Part shown: positions 35,288-45,598 of the stretch, one piece after another
How the letters are laid out: every line of letters begins with the position of its first letter
Position numbering within the stretch: the first letter of the stretch is position 1
DNA from: Clostridia bacterium
GTDB lineage: Bacteria; Bacillota; Clostridia; Christensenellales; CAG-138
Direction of reading: 5' to 3'
Assembly: GCA_030526995.1 (NCBI GenBank)
Contig: JAUNBP010000002.1
Span: 1 to 64,000, forward strand
Length of the DNA: 64,000 nucleotides
Program-made: the position numbers and the translations under genes
The notes under the pieces: generated by a model
What the model was told of the DNA's origin: nothing
The model's database searches: none
What the model saw: the letters and a program-made list of their open reading frames with translations, nothing else

Positions 35288-36700
35288 ATGAATAAACTTT
35301 TGATAACCGACACGATTCTGCGTGACGCCCACCAATCTCAAGCGGCAACACGTATGAGAATCGAAGATATGCTCCCCGCCTGTGAGGTTCTGGATTCCAT
35401 AGGCTACTGGTCGCTCGAGGTTTGGGGCGGCGCAACCTTCGATTCCTGCCTGCGGTTTTTGAACGAGGACCCGTGGGAGAGACTCAGAACGCTCAGAAAG
35501 GCGCTTCCGAACACGAAGCTGCAAATGCTGTTCCGAGGTCAAAACATCTTGGGGTATAAGCATTATGCCGACGATATGGTCGAGCAGTTCTGCAAAAAGG
35601 CGATTGAAAACGGAATCGACGTAATCCGCATCTTCGATGCACTCAACGATGTCAGAAACCTCGAATCGGCTATAAAGTACACCAAAAAATACGGTGGAAT
35701 CTGCGAGCCGGCGCTCAGCTACACGATTTCTCCGGTTCACAGCGAGGATTATTTTGTAAAGCTCGCAAAGGAGCTCGTTCAGATGGGCGCGGATGTCATC
35801 TGCATCAAGGACATGGCAAACCTGCTGCTGCCCTATGACGCTTACAAGCTCATAAAGCGGTTAAAAGCGGACTTGAACGTACCGATTCACCTGCATACGC
35901 ACAACACGACCGGCACGGGCGATATGACGCTTTTGATGGCTGCACAGGCGGGCGTGGATATCGTAGATACCGCACTCTCCCCGATGGGCAACGGCACCGC
36001 ACAGCCCGCAACCGAACCCTTGGTTGCAACCTTGCAGGGAACCGAGAGGGACACGGGGCTTGACCTTAACAAGCTGTCGGTCGCAGCAAAGCACTTCCGC
36101 ACGGTTGCCGACAGGATGATGAACGAGGGAATAATCTCGGTAAAGTCGCTTCGGGTCGATACCAACACGCTTTTGTATCAGGTTCCGGGCGGAATGCTCT
36201 CAAATTTGATTTCCCAGCTCAAGCAGGCGAACGCCGAGGATAAGTATTACGATGTGCTTGCGGAGATTCCGAGGGTCCGCGAGGACTTTGGCTACCCGCC
36301 GCTCGTAACTCCGACCAGCCAGATAGTGGGCACGCAGGCGGTGTTCAATGTGCTTGTGGGCAGATATAAGACCTTCCCAAAGGAGTCAAAGGCCCTGTTG
36401 AGGGGTGAATACGGCAGCCTACCGGGTAAGGTAAATGAGGAAGTGAGGAGAAAGGCAATTGGCGATGACGAGGTCATTACCTGCCGTCCCGCAGATTTGC
36501 TCAAGCCCGAGCTCGACCACTACCGCGAGGAGATAAAGCAGTATGCCGAGAAGGACGAGGATGTTTTAAGCTACGCCCTGTTCCCGCAGGTAGCCTTAAA
36601 GTTTTTCGAGGCTCGCGAGGAGGCCAAAAAGCCCAAGCAGCCCGCAGCTGAGGATGAGAATGCGGTAAGAACGCTGTACGTGGAGGATTTGAGCTGCTGA
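35288..36700 (+). CDS. oadA: Oxaloacetate decarboxylase alpha subunit, carboxyltransferase domain only (no fused biotinyl domain)
   Basis: TIM-barrel carboxyltransferase (ITDTILRDAHQS, HTHNTTG). Confidence 0.85.
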   Translation: MNKLLITDTILRDAHQSQAATRMRIEDMLPACEVLDSIGYWSLEVWGGATFDSCLRFLNEDPWERLRTLRKALPNTKLQMLFRGQNILGYKHYADDMVEQFCKKAIENGIDVIRIFDALNDVRNLESAIKYTKKYGGICEPALSYTISPVHSEDYFVKLAKELVQMGADVICIKDMANLLLPYDAYKLIKRLKADLNVPIHLHTHNTTGTGDMTLLMAAQAGVDIVDTALSPMGNGTAQPATEPLVATLQGTERDTGLDLNKLSVAAKHFRTVADRMMNEGIISVKSLRVDTNTLLYQVPGGMLSNLISQLKQANAEDKYYDVLAEIPRVREDFGYPPLVTPTSQIVGTQAVFNVLVGRYKTFPKESKALLRGEYGSLPGKVNEEVRRKAIGDDEVITCRPADLLKPELDHYREEIKQYAEKDEDVLSYALFPQVALKFFEAREEAKKPKQPAAEDENAVRTLYVEDLSC

Positions 36701-37296
36701 TGAAGCACATACCAAACATCTTGTCGGTATTTAGAATTGCCCTTGCCGGATTGTTCATCTATCTGTTCATCCGATATGAGTACACCTATGCGCTCATAGT
36801 GTTTGCAACGGCATTCTTTACCGATATATTGGATGGATACCTTGCACGCAAGTTCAACTGGATATCCGACACGGGAAAGCTGTTGGATCCGGTAGCGGAC
36901 AAGCTCCTTGTCGTAGGTGCATTAATCTGCATCCTAATACGCAAGTCGGGCGAGCCCTTCTACCTCGTGGTCTTTGTCCTCGTCGTGGTTAAAGAAGCCC
37001 TTATGCTGGCGGGTGCTGCAATCATGCTCAAAAAAAAGGACGTAGCCTACGCCGACTGGTACGGCAAAAGTGCAACGGGACTGTTTGCAATGGGAATCGT
37101 GCTCACGCTTTTGGACTTTGCAATAGCAGGGGTGAGACTTGAGGCATGGTGCATCGGCTTTTTGTCGGCGGCAGTCGCCCTTTCCTATTTGGCATTGATT
37201 CATTACGCCAAGAGCCAAATGTTTGCTGACAAATCGGAACATGAAGCCACCGACGGCACAGCTAATGAAGCCATCGATGAAAAGTCTGAAAAATAA
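36700..37296 (+). CDS. pgsA: CDP-diacylglycerol--glycerol-3-phosphate 3-phosphatidyltransferase
   Basis: CDP-alcohol phosphatidyltransferase motif DILDGYLAR...GKLLDPVADKL. Confidence 0.8.
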   Translation: MKHIPNILSVFRIALAGLFIYLFIRYEYTYALIVFATAFFTDILDGYLARKFNWISDTGKLLDPVADKLLVVGALICILIRKSGEPFYLVVFVLVVVKEALMLAGAAIMLKKKDVAYADWYGKSATGLFAMGIVLTLLDFAIAGVRLEAWCIGFLSAAVALSYLALIHYAKSQMFADKSEHEATDGTANEAIDEKSEK

Positions 37297-37299
37297 TGC

Positions 37300-37328
37300 T
37301 TGCATAGCCAATATGTGTGTGTTATAAT
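37300..37328 (+). promoter_or_regulatory. Sigma-70 promoter of the rimP-nusA-infB operon
   Basis: -35 TTGCAT (37300-37305), 17-nt spacer, -10 TATAAT (37323-37328). Followed by leader hairpin GAGTGGG-gtga-CCCACTC. Confidence 0.5.
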
Positions 37329-37403
37329 CTTCAGGTAAGAATGTTGGAATGTGAACTTTGAGAGTGGGGTGACCCACTCTTTGATTTTGAATAGGAGCGT
37401 TGA

Positions 37404-37859
37404 ATGAAAACAACCGATATTTGTGAACAACTTTGCAAGGCAAAAGTCGAGGAACTCGGCTTTGAACTGTGCGATGTGGAGTTTGTAAAGGAGTACGGAG
37501 ACTGGGTTCTCACCCTGTATATCGACAAGGAGGGCGGCGTCAACATTGACGATTGCGAACTTGTGAGCAGGGCGGTTGAGCCAATCTTGGACGAGAACGA
37601 CCCGATTGAGCAAGCGTACTTCCTCTCCGTATCATCGTTAGGGCTGGATCGCCCGCTGAAAAAAGCGGCTGATTATCAGAGGAATCTCAACAAGGCATTG
37701 CAGGTAAAACTCTACGCCCCGCAAAACGGCAAGAAGGAGTTTATCGGGAACTTGGTTGATTTCGATGAGACCTCCTTCACGATTGAAACCGATAAGGGCG
37801 AGAGGCTTACAATAAACAAAAAAGATGCGGCACTTGTTCGTCCGCACATAGTATTTTAG
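37404..37859 (+). CDS. rimP: Ribosome maturation factor RimP
   Basis: Position and sequence conserved upstream of nusA. Confidence 0.85.
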   Translation: MKTTDICEQLCKAKVEELGFELCDVEFVKEYGDWVLTLYIDKEGGVNIDDCELVSRAVEPILDENDPIEQAYFLSVSSLGLDRPLKKAADYQRNLNKALQVKLYAPQNGKKEFIGNLVDFDETSFTIETDKGERLTINKKDAALVRPHIVF

Positions 37860-37883
37860 GGAAACAGAAAGGGTAAGAAAAAA

Positions 37884-38951
37884 ATGAACGCAGAATTTAT
37901 CGAAGCATTGAATTCACTGGAGAAGGAACGCGGAATAAGCAAGGACGTCCTGCTCTCCGCAATCGAGGCAGCCTTGATTTCGGCATACAAGAGGAACTAC
38001 AATTCCACGGGCAACGTCCGAGCGGAAATTGATGTTCAAACGGGGGAGATAAGGATATATGCATCCAAGACCGTCGTTGAGAAGGTCGAAAATCCGACCG
38101 TGGAAATATCCATCGACAAGGCAAGGGAAATAAACCACCTCTACGAGATTGGTGACGTCTTGGAGGTCGAGGCGAAGGCCAAGGATTTCGGCAGGATTGC
38201 AGCCCAGACCGCAAAGCAGGTTGTTGTTCAGCGCATACGCGAGGCGGAACGCGGCAACATCTACGAGGAATATATTGAGAAGGAGAACGAGATTCTAACG
38301 GCGATAGTCCAGCACGTAGAAAAGGGCAACGCCTATGTAGAGCTCGGCAAAACCGACGGAATTTTGATGGCAAACGAGATGATTCCAAACGAAACTTACA
38401 ACAACAACGACCGAATCAAGGTCTATGTGCTTGAGGTTCGCAAGGATAACAAGGGCCCGCAGATTCTCGTCTCAAGAACCCATCCGGGGCTTGTCAAGAG
38501 ACTGTTTGAACTTGAGGTTCCCGAGATTCAGAGCGGCGTGGTTCAGATAAAGTCCATAGCACGCGAAGCGGGCTTCCGCACCAAGGTTTCGGTGTATTCA
38601 TCCGACTCCACCATCGATGCGGTAGGCTCCTGCGTGGGACAGCGAGGCGCAAGGGTGGAGCGCATTGTAAATGAGCTTCACAACGAGAAGATTGACATCA
38701 TCGAGTATGACCATGATTCGGCAATCTACATTGCAAAGGCTTTAAGCCCCGCAAAGGTGCTCATGGTTTACATAAACGAAGATGAGAAGGCAGCGAGGGT
38801 CATCGTTCCCGACACCCAGCTTTCACTTGCCATAGGCAAGGAAGGCCAGAACGCCCGTCTTGCCGCCAAGCTCACGGGTTGGAAGATTGATATTAAGAGC
38901 CAGTCGCAGGCAGAGGATGCGTTGGATCTTATGGAGGAAACAGAGGAGTAA
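37884..38951 (+). CDS. nusA: Transcription termination/antitermination factor NusA
   Basis: S1 plus two KH domains. Confidence 0.9.
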   Translation: MNAEFIEALNSLEKERGISKDVLLSAIEAALISAYKRNYNSTGNVRAEIDVQTGEIRIYASKTVVEKVENPTVEISIDKAREINHLYEIGDVLEVEAKAKDFGRIAAQTAKQVVVQRIREAERGNIYEEYIEKENEILTAIVQHVEKGNAYVELGKTDGILMANEMIPNETYNNNDRIKVYVLEVRKDNKGPQILVSRTHPGLVKRLFELEVPEIQSGVVQIKSIAREAGFRTKVSVYSSDSTIDAVGSCVGQRGARVERIVNELHNEKIDIIEYDHDSAIYIAKALSPAKVLMVYINEDEKAARVIVPDTQLSLAIGKEGQNARLAAKLTGWKIDIKSQSQAEDALDLMEETEE

Positions 38952-38955
38952 GGAT

Positions 38956-39228
38956 TTGAAGAAGATTCCGATGCGGATGTGCGTAGCGTGTAGGCAGATG
39001 CAGCCGAAGAAAACGCTCGTTCGCATAGTAAACACAACTGAGGACGGAGTAATTATCGACCACACGGGCAAGCGCAACGGCAGGGGAGCCTACCTTTGCC
39101 ATAACGTTGAATGCCTTAATCGGGCGATAAAGACCAAGGCGTTGGATAGGGCATTGGAAAAGCCCGTGCCTGTCTCGCTGTTCGATGAATTGAGAGAGGA
39201 GTTTTCAAATGAATCCGAGGCTCGATAA
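38956..39228 (+). CDS. ylxR: YlxR (DUF448) RNA-binding protein
   Basis: [16 protein letters not shown] motif. Likely TTG start at 38956 with GGAG 7 nt upstream. Confidence 0.65.
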   Translation: MKKIPMRMCVACRQMQPKKTLVRIVNTTEDGVIIDHTGKRNGRGAYLCHNVECLNRAIKTKALDRALEKPVPVSLFDELREEFSNESEAR

Positions 39229-39517
39229 CGCACTGGGACTGTGCATGAAGGCAGGAAAGTGCCAAAGCGGTGAATTTGCGGTTGAGACCGCTGTCAAGCA
39301 GGGCAAGGCAAAGCTCGTACTGCTTCAGACGGATGCGTCCGAAAACAGCAAGAAAGGATACGCCGACCTCTGTGCATACTATAAGGTGCCGTTGATAATG
39401 ACGGACAATGTCGGAAAGGCGATTGGAAAGCCAAGCCGAATGGCGATGGCAGTAACCGACGAGAGTTTTGTGAAAATGATTATGAATGCGAAGAACTCGG
39501 AAGAGGATCGGGGGTAA
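39209..39517 (+). CDS. ylxQ: L7Ae-family ribosomal-like protein (YlxQ)
   Basis: Conserved position between ylxR and infB. Confidence 0.75.
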   Translation: MNPRLDNALGLCMKAGKCQSGEFAVETAVKQGKAKLVLLQTDASENSKKGYADLCAYYKVPLIMTDNVGKAIGKPSRMAMAVTDESFVKMIMNAKNSEEDRG

Positions 39518-39520
39518 GTT

Positions 39521-42028
39521 ATGGCAAAGATTTTAAGTAGAAATTTAGTAGAGGTACAGAAAAACATCACGAGCTTTCTTGAAAAGGTCGGAAAGACCCG
39601 TTCGGAGATTGCCGTGCTTTTGACGGCTGTCAAGGAGGCGGAGGTTGAGATTCTCGCCAAGGAGCAGCAGATTCGCAAGGAGCGGTTGGAGCAGGAGCGC
39701 ATGGAACGCCTTAGAAAGATGCTCGAATCGTCGGAGGCGGGCGCTGTGCACGTCGGCGGAACGGACGATGAGGAAGAAGCGGAGCAGGTTGCCGTGCAGC
39801 CTCAAGCGGTTGAGAAAAAGCAGGATGAGCCCGTTTCAAAATCGGAGCCCAAGCCCGAACTTAAGCCCGAGCCCAAACCCGAGCCTGTAAAAGCGGAGCA
39901 ACCCCCCGCAGCAGTGCAGCAGAAGCCTGACGAGAAGGAATCCGTTCCCGAAGAGGCAAGGCAGCCCGTGCGCACCGAGGCGAGACCGCCCAAAAAGGAA
40001 GCACAAAGGGCTGAAAAACCCGTCGAGACCGCACCGGCAAAGTCTGCGAGCCGCGCCGTTGTAATTCCGCAGAGTACGTCGGGCAAGGGCAAAACGTATG
40101 ATGCAAGCAAAAAGGGTTATGAAAAGGATAGGAAGGCGAAGAATAAGAAATCTATGTTAAAAGAAAGCGGCCCGAGCAATGTAAGCTGGGACGAGGACGG
40201 AGCCTTAGGATCACGCAGACCAAAGCAATCGAAGCGTCAGGCTCCGCAGCATAAGCCAGAGCCGGTTGTTATAGAACATGCGATAATTTCATCTGAAACC
40301 ATTTCGGTAAAGGAGCTGTCCGAAAAGATAGGAAAACCCGCAACCGAGATAATCAAAAAGCTGTTCATGCTGGGCATTATGGCAACGATAAATCAGGAGA
40401 TTGATTTTGACACCTGTGAACTTATCGCAAGCGATTACAACATCACGCTCGAGCAACAGCTTGCAAAGACCTTCGAGGACGTGTTGGCAGATGCCTCCGA
40501 GGACGAGGACGATCCCGCCAAGCTAAAGCCGCGCCCGCCGGTAGTCACCATCATGGGACACGTAGACCACGGCAAGACCTCGCTTCTCGATGCGCTCAGA
40601 AATACCAACGTCACTGAGGCGGAAGCGGGCGGAATCACGCAGCACATAGGCGCTTATACGGTCATGTGCAACGACAGGCAGATAACCTTTATCGACACGC
40701 CGGGTCATGAGGCGTTCACCTCCATGCGTGCAAGGGGAGCGCAGGTTACGGATATAGTAATCTTGGTTGTAGCAGCGGACGACGGCATAATGCCGCAGAC
40801 CGTAGAAGCAATAAACCATGCCAAGGCTGCAAACGTGCCCATAATAGTTGCAATAAATAAGATTGACAGGGACGAGGCCAACCCCGAACGGGTCAAGCAG
40901 CAGCTTACGGAGCACGGGCTTGTCTCCGAGGAATGGGGTGGCGACACCATTTGCGTACCGGTTTCGGCAAAGCAAAGGATAAACCTTGACAGCTTGTTGG
41001 AGATGATACTGTTGCAAGCGGATGTTTTGGAGCTAAAAGCAAACCCCGACAGGCTTGCAAAGGGTACCATCATCGAAGCCAAGCTCGACAAGGCTCGAGG
41101 CCCGATAGCCACGGTGCTTGTGCAGACGGGAACGCTCAAAAAGGGCGATACGATTGTTGCAGGAACGGCTTACGGCAGGGTTCGTGCAATGTCGGACGAT
41201 AAGGGCCGTGTTGTAAATATTGCAGGGCCGTCCACGCCGGTCGAGGTCTTGGGCTTCAACGAGGTGCCGGATGCGGGTGATATGCTGATTGTTGCAGACG
41301 CCGATAAGCTGTCCCGTCAGGTTGCCGAGGAGCGCAGGGATAAGATTAAGGCGGCACAGGTCAAGGCCATGCAGAAGGTATCCCTCGACGATTTGTTTAC
41401 GCAGATGGCGGAGGGCGAATTGAAGGACTTGAATATCATCGTCAAGGCGGATGTTCAGGGTTCGGTCGAGGCCGTCAAGCAAGCGCTTGAAAAGCTCTCG
41501 AACGATGAGGTCAGGGTGCGCTGCATCCACGGCGGCGTAGGTGCGATAACGGGTTCGGATATCATGTTCGCCTCTGCATCGAACGCCATAGTCATAGGGT
41601 TCAACGTTCGTCCCGATTCCACCGCTCGAACGGCAGCGGAGCGCGAGAAGGTCGATGTGAGAACATATCGAGTAATATATGCTGCCATCGAGGACGTCGA
41701 GAACGCTATGAAGGGCATGTTCAAGCCCGTGTTCGAGGAGGTTGAACTCGGCAGACTGACCATAAGAGAGACCTTCAAGGTGTCGGGCGTCGGCACGATT
41801 GCCGGTGCATATGTGCAGGAGGGCAAGGTTACAAGAAATGCACAGGTTCGTATTGTCAGAGGCGGAATCGTGGTTTACGACGGCAAGATTGCCTCGCTCA
41901 AGCGTTTCAAGGATGATGCAAGAGAGGTCTTGAGTGGCTTTGAGTGCGGTATATCCTTTGAAAACTTCAACGACCTGCTCGTAGACGATTCGATAGAGGC
42001 ATACACCGTGGAAGAGGTGAAGAGATAA
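39521..42028 (+). CDS. infB: Translation initiation factor IF-2
   Basis: G-domain motifs ([17 protein letters not shown]). Charged N-terminal region. Confidence 0.95.
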   Translation: MAKILSRNLVEVQKNITSFLEKVGKTRSEIAVLLTAVKEAEVEILAKEQQIRKERLEQERMERLRKMLESSEAGAVHVGGTDDEEEAEQVAVQPQAVEKKQDEPVSKSEPKPELKPEPKPEPVKAEQPPAAVQQKPDEKESVPEEARQPVRTEARPPKKEAQRAEKPVETAPAKSASRAVVIPQSTSGKGKTYDASKKGYEKDRKAKNKKSMLKESGPSNVSWDEDGALGSRRPKQSKRQAPQHKPEPVVIEHAIISSETISVKELSEKIGKPATEIIKKLFMLGIMATINQEIDFDTCELIASDYNITLEQQLAKTFEDVLADASEDEDDPAKLKPRPPVVTIMGHVDHGKTSLLDALRNTNVTEAEAGGITQHIGAYTVMCNDRQITFIDTPGHEAFTSMRARGAQVTDIVILVVAADDGIMPQTVEAINHAKAANVPIIVAINKIDRDEANPERVKQQLTEHGLVSEEWGGDTICVPVSAKQRINLDSLLEMILLQADVLELKANPDRLAKGTIIEAKLDKARGPIATVLVQTGTLKKGDTIVAGTAYGRVRAMSDDKGRVVNIAGPSTPVEVLGFNEVPDAGDMLIVADADKLSRQVAEERRDKIKAAQVKAMQKVSLDDLFTQMAEGELKDLNIIVKADVQGSVEAVKQALEKLSNDEVRVRCIHGGVGAITGSDIMFASASNAIVIGFNVRPDSTARTAAEREKVDVRTYRVIYAAIEDVENAMKGMFKPVFEEVELGRLTIRETFKVSGVGTIAGAYVQEGKVTRNAQVRIVRGGIVVYDGKIASLKRFKDDAREVLSGFECGISFENFNDLLVDDSIEAYTVEEVKR

Positions 42029-42399
42029 TGGGACAGATAAGGACAGAGCGTGTCAACGAGGAGATGAAAAAGGCGGTAAGTGCGGTTATCTTTGAGATGA
42101 AGGATCCGAGAATCGCCGCAATGACCTCGATTACCTCCGTGGAGGTCAGCCCCGATTTGAAATATGCCAAGGCGAGGGTCTCGGTATATGATGAGGATGA
42201 GAATGCAAGGACAAGCACCGTGAATGCCTTGAACCATGCGGCGGGCTTTATCGCCCGAGAGGCCGGTAAAAGGGTGCAGATTCGCAGGGTGCCCACCTTC
42301 CGCTTTGAGCTTGACGATTCAATCGCCTACAGCGTACACATCTCCAAGATATTAAGCGAGCTTAACATCAAGGAGGAGGAGCAGGAGAATGAGTCTTAA
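42028..42399 (+). CDS. rbfA: Ribosome-binding factor A
   Basis: RbfA family. Start overlaps the infB stop. Confidence 0.9.
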   Translation: MGQIRTERVNEEMKKAVSAVIFEMKDPRIAAMTSITSVEVSPDLKYAKARVSVYDEDENARTSTVNALNHAAGFIAREAGKRVQIRRVPTFRFELDDSIAYSVHISKILSELNIKEEEQENES

Positions 42400-43345
42400 G
42401 GCTGCCCGTTCCTTCATCGAACGCAACGACAATTTTCTTTTGATAGCCCATGTTTCGCCCGACGGCGATACCTTGGGCTCTTGCCTTGCGCTTTACGAGG
42501 CGTTGCTTCAGTGCAAAAAACGTGTTCAAATAGCCTGTGAGGAACCCGTGCCCCCGCTGTACTCCTTTTTGAAGTACAGCGAAAGGGTAGTAAATTTGGA
42601 GGGGATAAACCCCTTCGACAGCGTTATCTGCATAGACTGCGCCGACATTCGCAGGACGGGCTTTTTGCAGCCGCTTGTAGAGGGCGCAAAGCACAGTTTT
42701 TGCATAGACCACCATGAAACAAACCCCCATTATACCGACGAGGACTGGATAATGGACTGCGCCGCAACGGGGGAAATGATATATGAGCTTATCAAGGATA
42801 TGGGAGTTGCCCTCACCGAGAGCATGAGCGTTGCGCTGTTTTGCGCCCTGTCCACCGACACGGGAAATTTCGCCTATTCCAACACCACCCCCCAAACCTT
42901 TGAGATTGCGGCAAGGCTGCTCGAATGCGGCTTCGATTTGCCGGAGGTCAACAGGAGGCTGTTTAGAACCGTGGGCCTTAAAAAGACTCAGCTCATCGGA
43001 ATCATTTTAACCCGCCTATGCCTATACAAGAACGACAGCTTTGGAATATCGCAGCTTCACAGAAGCGATCTTGCGGCTCTAAACGCAACGGATGCGGACT
43101 GCGAGGGCTTGATAGATTACATTCGGGATATAGACACCGTTGAGGTGGCGTGCGTGTTACGGGAATCCAACTCAGGACTGATTCGAGTGAGCCTTCGCTC
43201 CAAATATGACTTTGACGTTTTGAACGTGGTTGCAAAATTTAGCGGCGGCGGTCACAAAAGGGCTGCCGGATGCACGCTTGATTGCAGCATGGAGCAGGCA
43301 ATGGAGCTAATCAAAGCCGAGGTTTTGAACCAAATGGGGGAATAG
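42389..43345 (+). CDS. nrnA: DHH-family phosphoesterase NrnA (oligoribonuclease/pAp phosphatase)
   Basis: DHH motifs (HVSPDGD, DHH) plus DHHA1. Confidence 0.8.
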   Translation: MSLKAARSFIERNDNFLLIAHVSPDGDTLGSCLALYEALLQCKKRVQIACEEPVPPLYSFLKYSERVVNLEGINPFDSVICIDCADIRRTGFLQPLVEGAKHSFCIDHHETNPHYTDEDWIMDCAATGEMIYELIKDMGVALTESMSVALFCALSTDTGNFAYSNTTPQTFEIAARLLECGFDLPEVNRRLFRTVGLKKTQLIGIILTRLCLYKNDSFGISQLHRSDLAALNATDADCEGLIDYIRDIDTVEVACVLRESNSGLIRVSLRSKYDFDVLNVVAKFSGGGHKRAAGCTLDCSMEQAMELIKAEVLNQMGE

Positions 43346-44212
43346 ATGGACGGGATTATTTCGGTCTTAAAGCCGCCCGCAATGTCCAGCAGCGATGTGG
43401 TTGTGGATATTCGCAGGCTGTTTTGCCAAAAGAGGGTAGGGCATACGGGAACCCTCGACCCGGGGGCAGCGGGAGTATTGCCGATATGCATAGGCAGGGC
43501 AACCCGCTTATTCGATTATCTCGTAGACAAGAAAAAGCGATACATCTTTGAAATTCACTTCGGCACCTCCACCGATACGCAGGACGCCTACGGCAAGCGC
43601 ATCGATACGGCCTGTTGCGATGTAAGCAGGGCTGAACTTGAAGCGGTGCTACCGCTCTTTACGGGCAAACAAAAGCAAACGGCGCCCATGTACTCCGCCC
43701 TCAAAAGCGGGGGCAGAAAGCTGTACGATATCGCACTTGCAGGGGATGAGATACCCGATAAGATTCGGGAGTTAGAGATTTATGAGCTAAAGATTCTCGA
43801 CAAGACCGAGAAAAATCGGTTTCTGCTCGAGGCGGAATGCTCCAAGGGAACGTACATCAGAACGCTTTGCCGCGATATCGGGCAGAGGCTGGGGCTGCCT
43901 GCACATATGTCGTTTCTGCTTCGCAGCGCATCGGGAGCGTTCACGATAGAAGGGGCGCACACGATTGCCGAGCTTGGAAAGATGAAGGAGAGGGGGCAGC
44001 TTGAAAGCGCCGTCGTCTCATGCGAAGCTGCACTTGTAGGACTTGACAGGGTGGATTTGCCCAAGGGTCGCACCGAACCCATGAAGAATGGACTTGTAAC
44101 GAAGGTTTTGGGCATGGCGGACGGAGCGGTTCGCTGCTATTGTGGGGACGTGTTCATGGGCGTTGCTAAGATTCAATCCGAGCAGATTAAGTTGGCGGTG
44201 CATCTGTATTGA
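43346..44212 (+). CDS. truB: tRNA pseudouridine(55) synthase
   Basis: GHTGTLDP catalytic motif. Confidence 0.9.
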   Translation: MDGIISVLKPPAMSSSDVVVDIRRLFCQKRVGHTGTLDPGAAGVLPICIGRATRLFDYLVDKKKRYIFEIHFGTSTDTQDAYGKRIDTACCDVSRAELEAVLPLFTGKQKQTAPMYSALKSGGRKLYDIALAGDEIPDKIRELEIYELKILDKTEKNRFLLEAECSKGTYIRTLCRDIGQRLGLPAHMSFLLRSASGAFTIEGAHTIAELGKMKERGQLESAVVSCEAALVGLDRVDLPKGRTEPMKNGLVTKVLGMADGAVRCYCGDVFMGVAKIQSEQIKLAVHLY

Positions 44213-44214
44213 AC

Positions 44215-45102
44215 ATGAAAAAAGAGAAATACGCAATTGCATTGGGAATGTTTGACGGGGTACATGCGGGACATCGTGCTCTGATTTCGAATGCCGTGGA
44301 CTTGGCGGCAAGAAAGGGCATTTGCAGTGCCGTATTCACCTTTTCCAATCATCCGCTTGAACTCATAAACAGGAACATAAGCTATCTTACGACGAACGAG
44401 CAGCGCGAAAGGCTGTTTTTGGAGCTCGGTGCGGACAGGGTTGACATGATTCCGTTTACCGAGCAGATTCGAAACCTTTCGCCCGTTGAGTTTTTGCATT
44501 TGCTGGGCGAGCGGCATCAAATCGACACCCTCATAGCGGGATTCAATTACAGCTTTGGAAAGGCGGGAGCAGGCAATGCAGAGCTTCTTAAAAAGCTGGG
44601 GCAGGAGCTTGGCTTTAACGTTGAGATAGAGGAGCCGTTTTTTATGGATGGCGAGCTTGTTTCAAGCACAAGAATCCGAGAGCTTATCAAAAAAGGCGAG
44701 GTTGAAAAGGCCCAAGACCTGCTAAAAAGACCCTATGCGATGACGGGCGCTGTTGTACATAATCGCAGGATAGGGCGGAGAATAGGCTATCCCACCGCCA
44801 ACCTCAACGTAAAGAATATGGTTTTGCCCGCCGACGGGGTGTATGCGACACGGACAAGGATAGACAGCTTGACTTTTGATTCGGTAACAAACGTAGGCTG
44901 CAATCCTACGGTGGGCGGAAGCACAAGAACGGTTGAAACGCATATTCTAAATTCAAATGCGGATTTATACGGTTTGACGATGGAAGTAGGACTTATAAAG
45001 CAGATTAGGAGCGAAAAGAAGTTTAGCGACCTTGACGAGCTAAAAATTCAAATCGCAAGTGACATAGAAACGGCAAAAAAAATTCTAAAAACCGTAAAAT
45101 AA
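44215..45102 (+). CDS. ribF: Bifunctional riboflavin kinase/FAD synthetase
   Basis: GMFDGVHAGH adenylyltransferase motif. C-terminal riboflavin kinase. Confidence 0.85.
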   Translation: MKKEKYAIALGMFDGVHAGHRALISNAVDLAARKGICSAVFTFSNHPLELINRNISYLTTNEQRERLFLELGADRVDMIPFTEQIRNLSPVEFLHLLGERHQIDTLIAGFNYSFGKAGAGNAELLKKLGQELGFNVEIEEPFFMDGELVSSTRIRELIKKGEVEKAQDLLKRPYAMTGAVVHNRRIGRRIGYPTANLNVKNMVLPADGVYATRTRIDSLTFDSVTNVGCNPTVGGSTRTVETHILNSNADLYGLTMEVGLIKQIRSEKKFSDLDELKIQIASDIETAKKILKTVK

Positions 45103-45222
45103 AGGTTTACTTTGCACAAAATTTGTGGTAACATATTCAAGGTTAAACCGCTTGCTGGGTTGATGCGAATCTCCGGCGCTCGACTCTGTTTGCGGGGATA
45201 CGAAAAAAAGGAGGAAAAAATA

Positions 45223-45477
45223 ATGGACAAACAAGAAATCATTGCAAAGTATGCTTTGCATGAAGGCGACACCGGCTCCCCCGAAGTGCAGATTGCACTG
45301 TTGACTGAGAGAATCAATCATCTGAACGAGCATCTCAAGATTAACAAGAAGGACCACCACAGCAGGAGAGGCTTGCTGAAAATGGTCGGACAGCGCAGGG
45401 GCTTGCTGAACTACCTAAAGGAAAAGGACATCGAGCGGTACAGAGCGATTGTTGCGAACTTGAACCTAAGGAAGTAA
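45223..45477 (+). CDS. rpsO: 30S ribosomal protein S15
   Basis: 84 aa. AAGGAGG RBS at 45208-45214. Confidence 0.9.
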   Translation: MDKQEIIAKYALHEGDTGSPEVQIALLTERINHLNEHLKINKKDHHSRRGLLKMVGQRRGLLNYLKEKDIERYRAIVANLNLRK

Positions 45478-45485
45478 AAAAGTCT

Positions 45486-45516
45486 GGCGGAGTTCATACT
45501 CCGCCTATCTTTTTGT
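45486..45516 (+). terminator. Rho-independent terminator after rpsO
   Basis: GGCGGAGT-tcat-ACTCCGCC followed by a T-run. Confidence 0.7.
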
Positions 45517-45517
45517 C

Positions 45518-45555
45518 AAAGATTATGAAATGCTTTTGCAAAAAACATAATCTTT
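45518..45555 (+). promoter_or_regulatory. pnp leader stem-loop
   Basis: 10-bp inverted repeat AAAGATTATG ... CATAATCTTT about 45 nt upstream of the pnp ATG. Confidence 0.4.
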
Positions 45556-45598
45556 GCATGAATGTGGCATAAATAAATGAAGATAAAGAGGAAAAAAC

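Noticed and set aside
39802-40110. Antisense ORFs within the infB N-terminal region
   Set aside because: Low-complexity translations opposite the charged, repetitive IF-2 N-terminus. Typical shadow ORFs.
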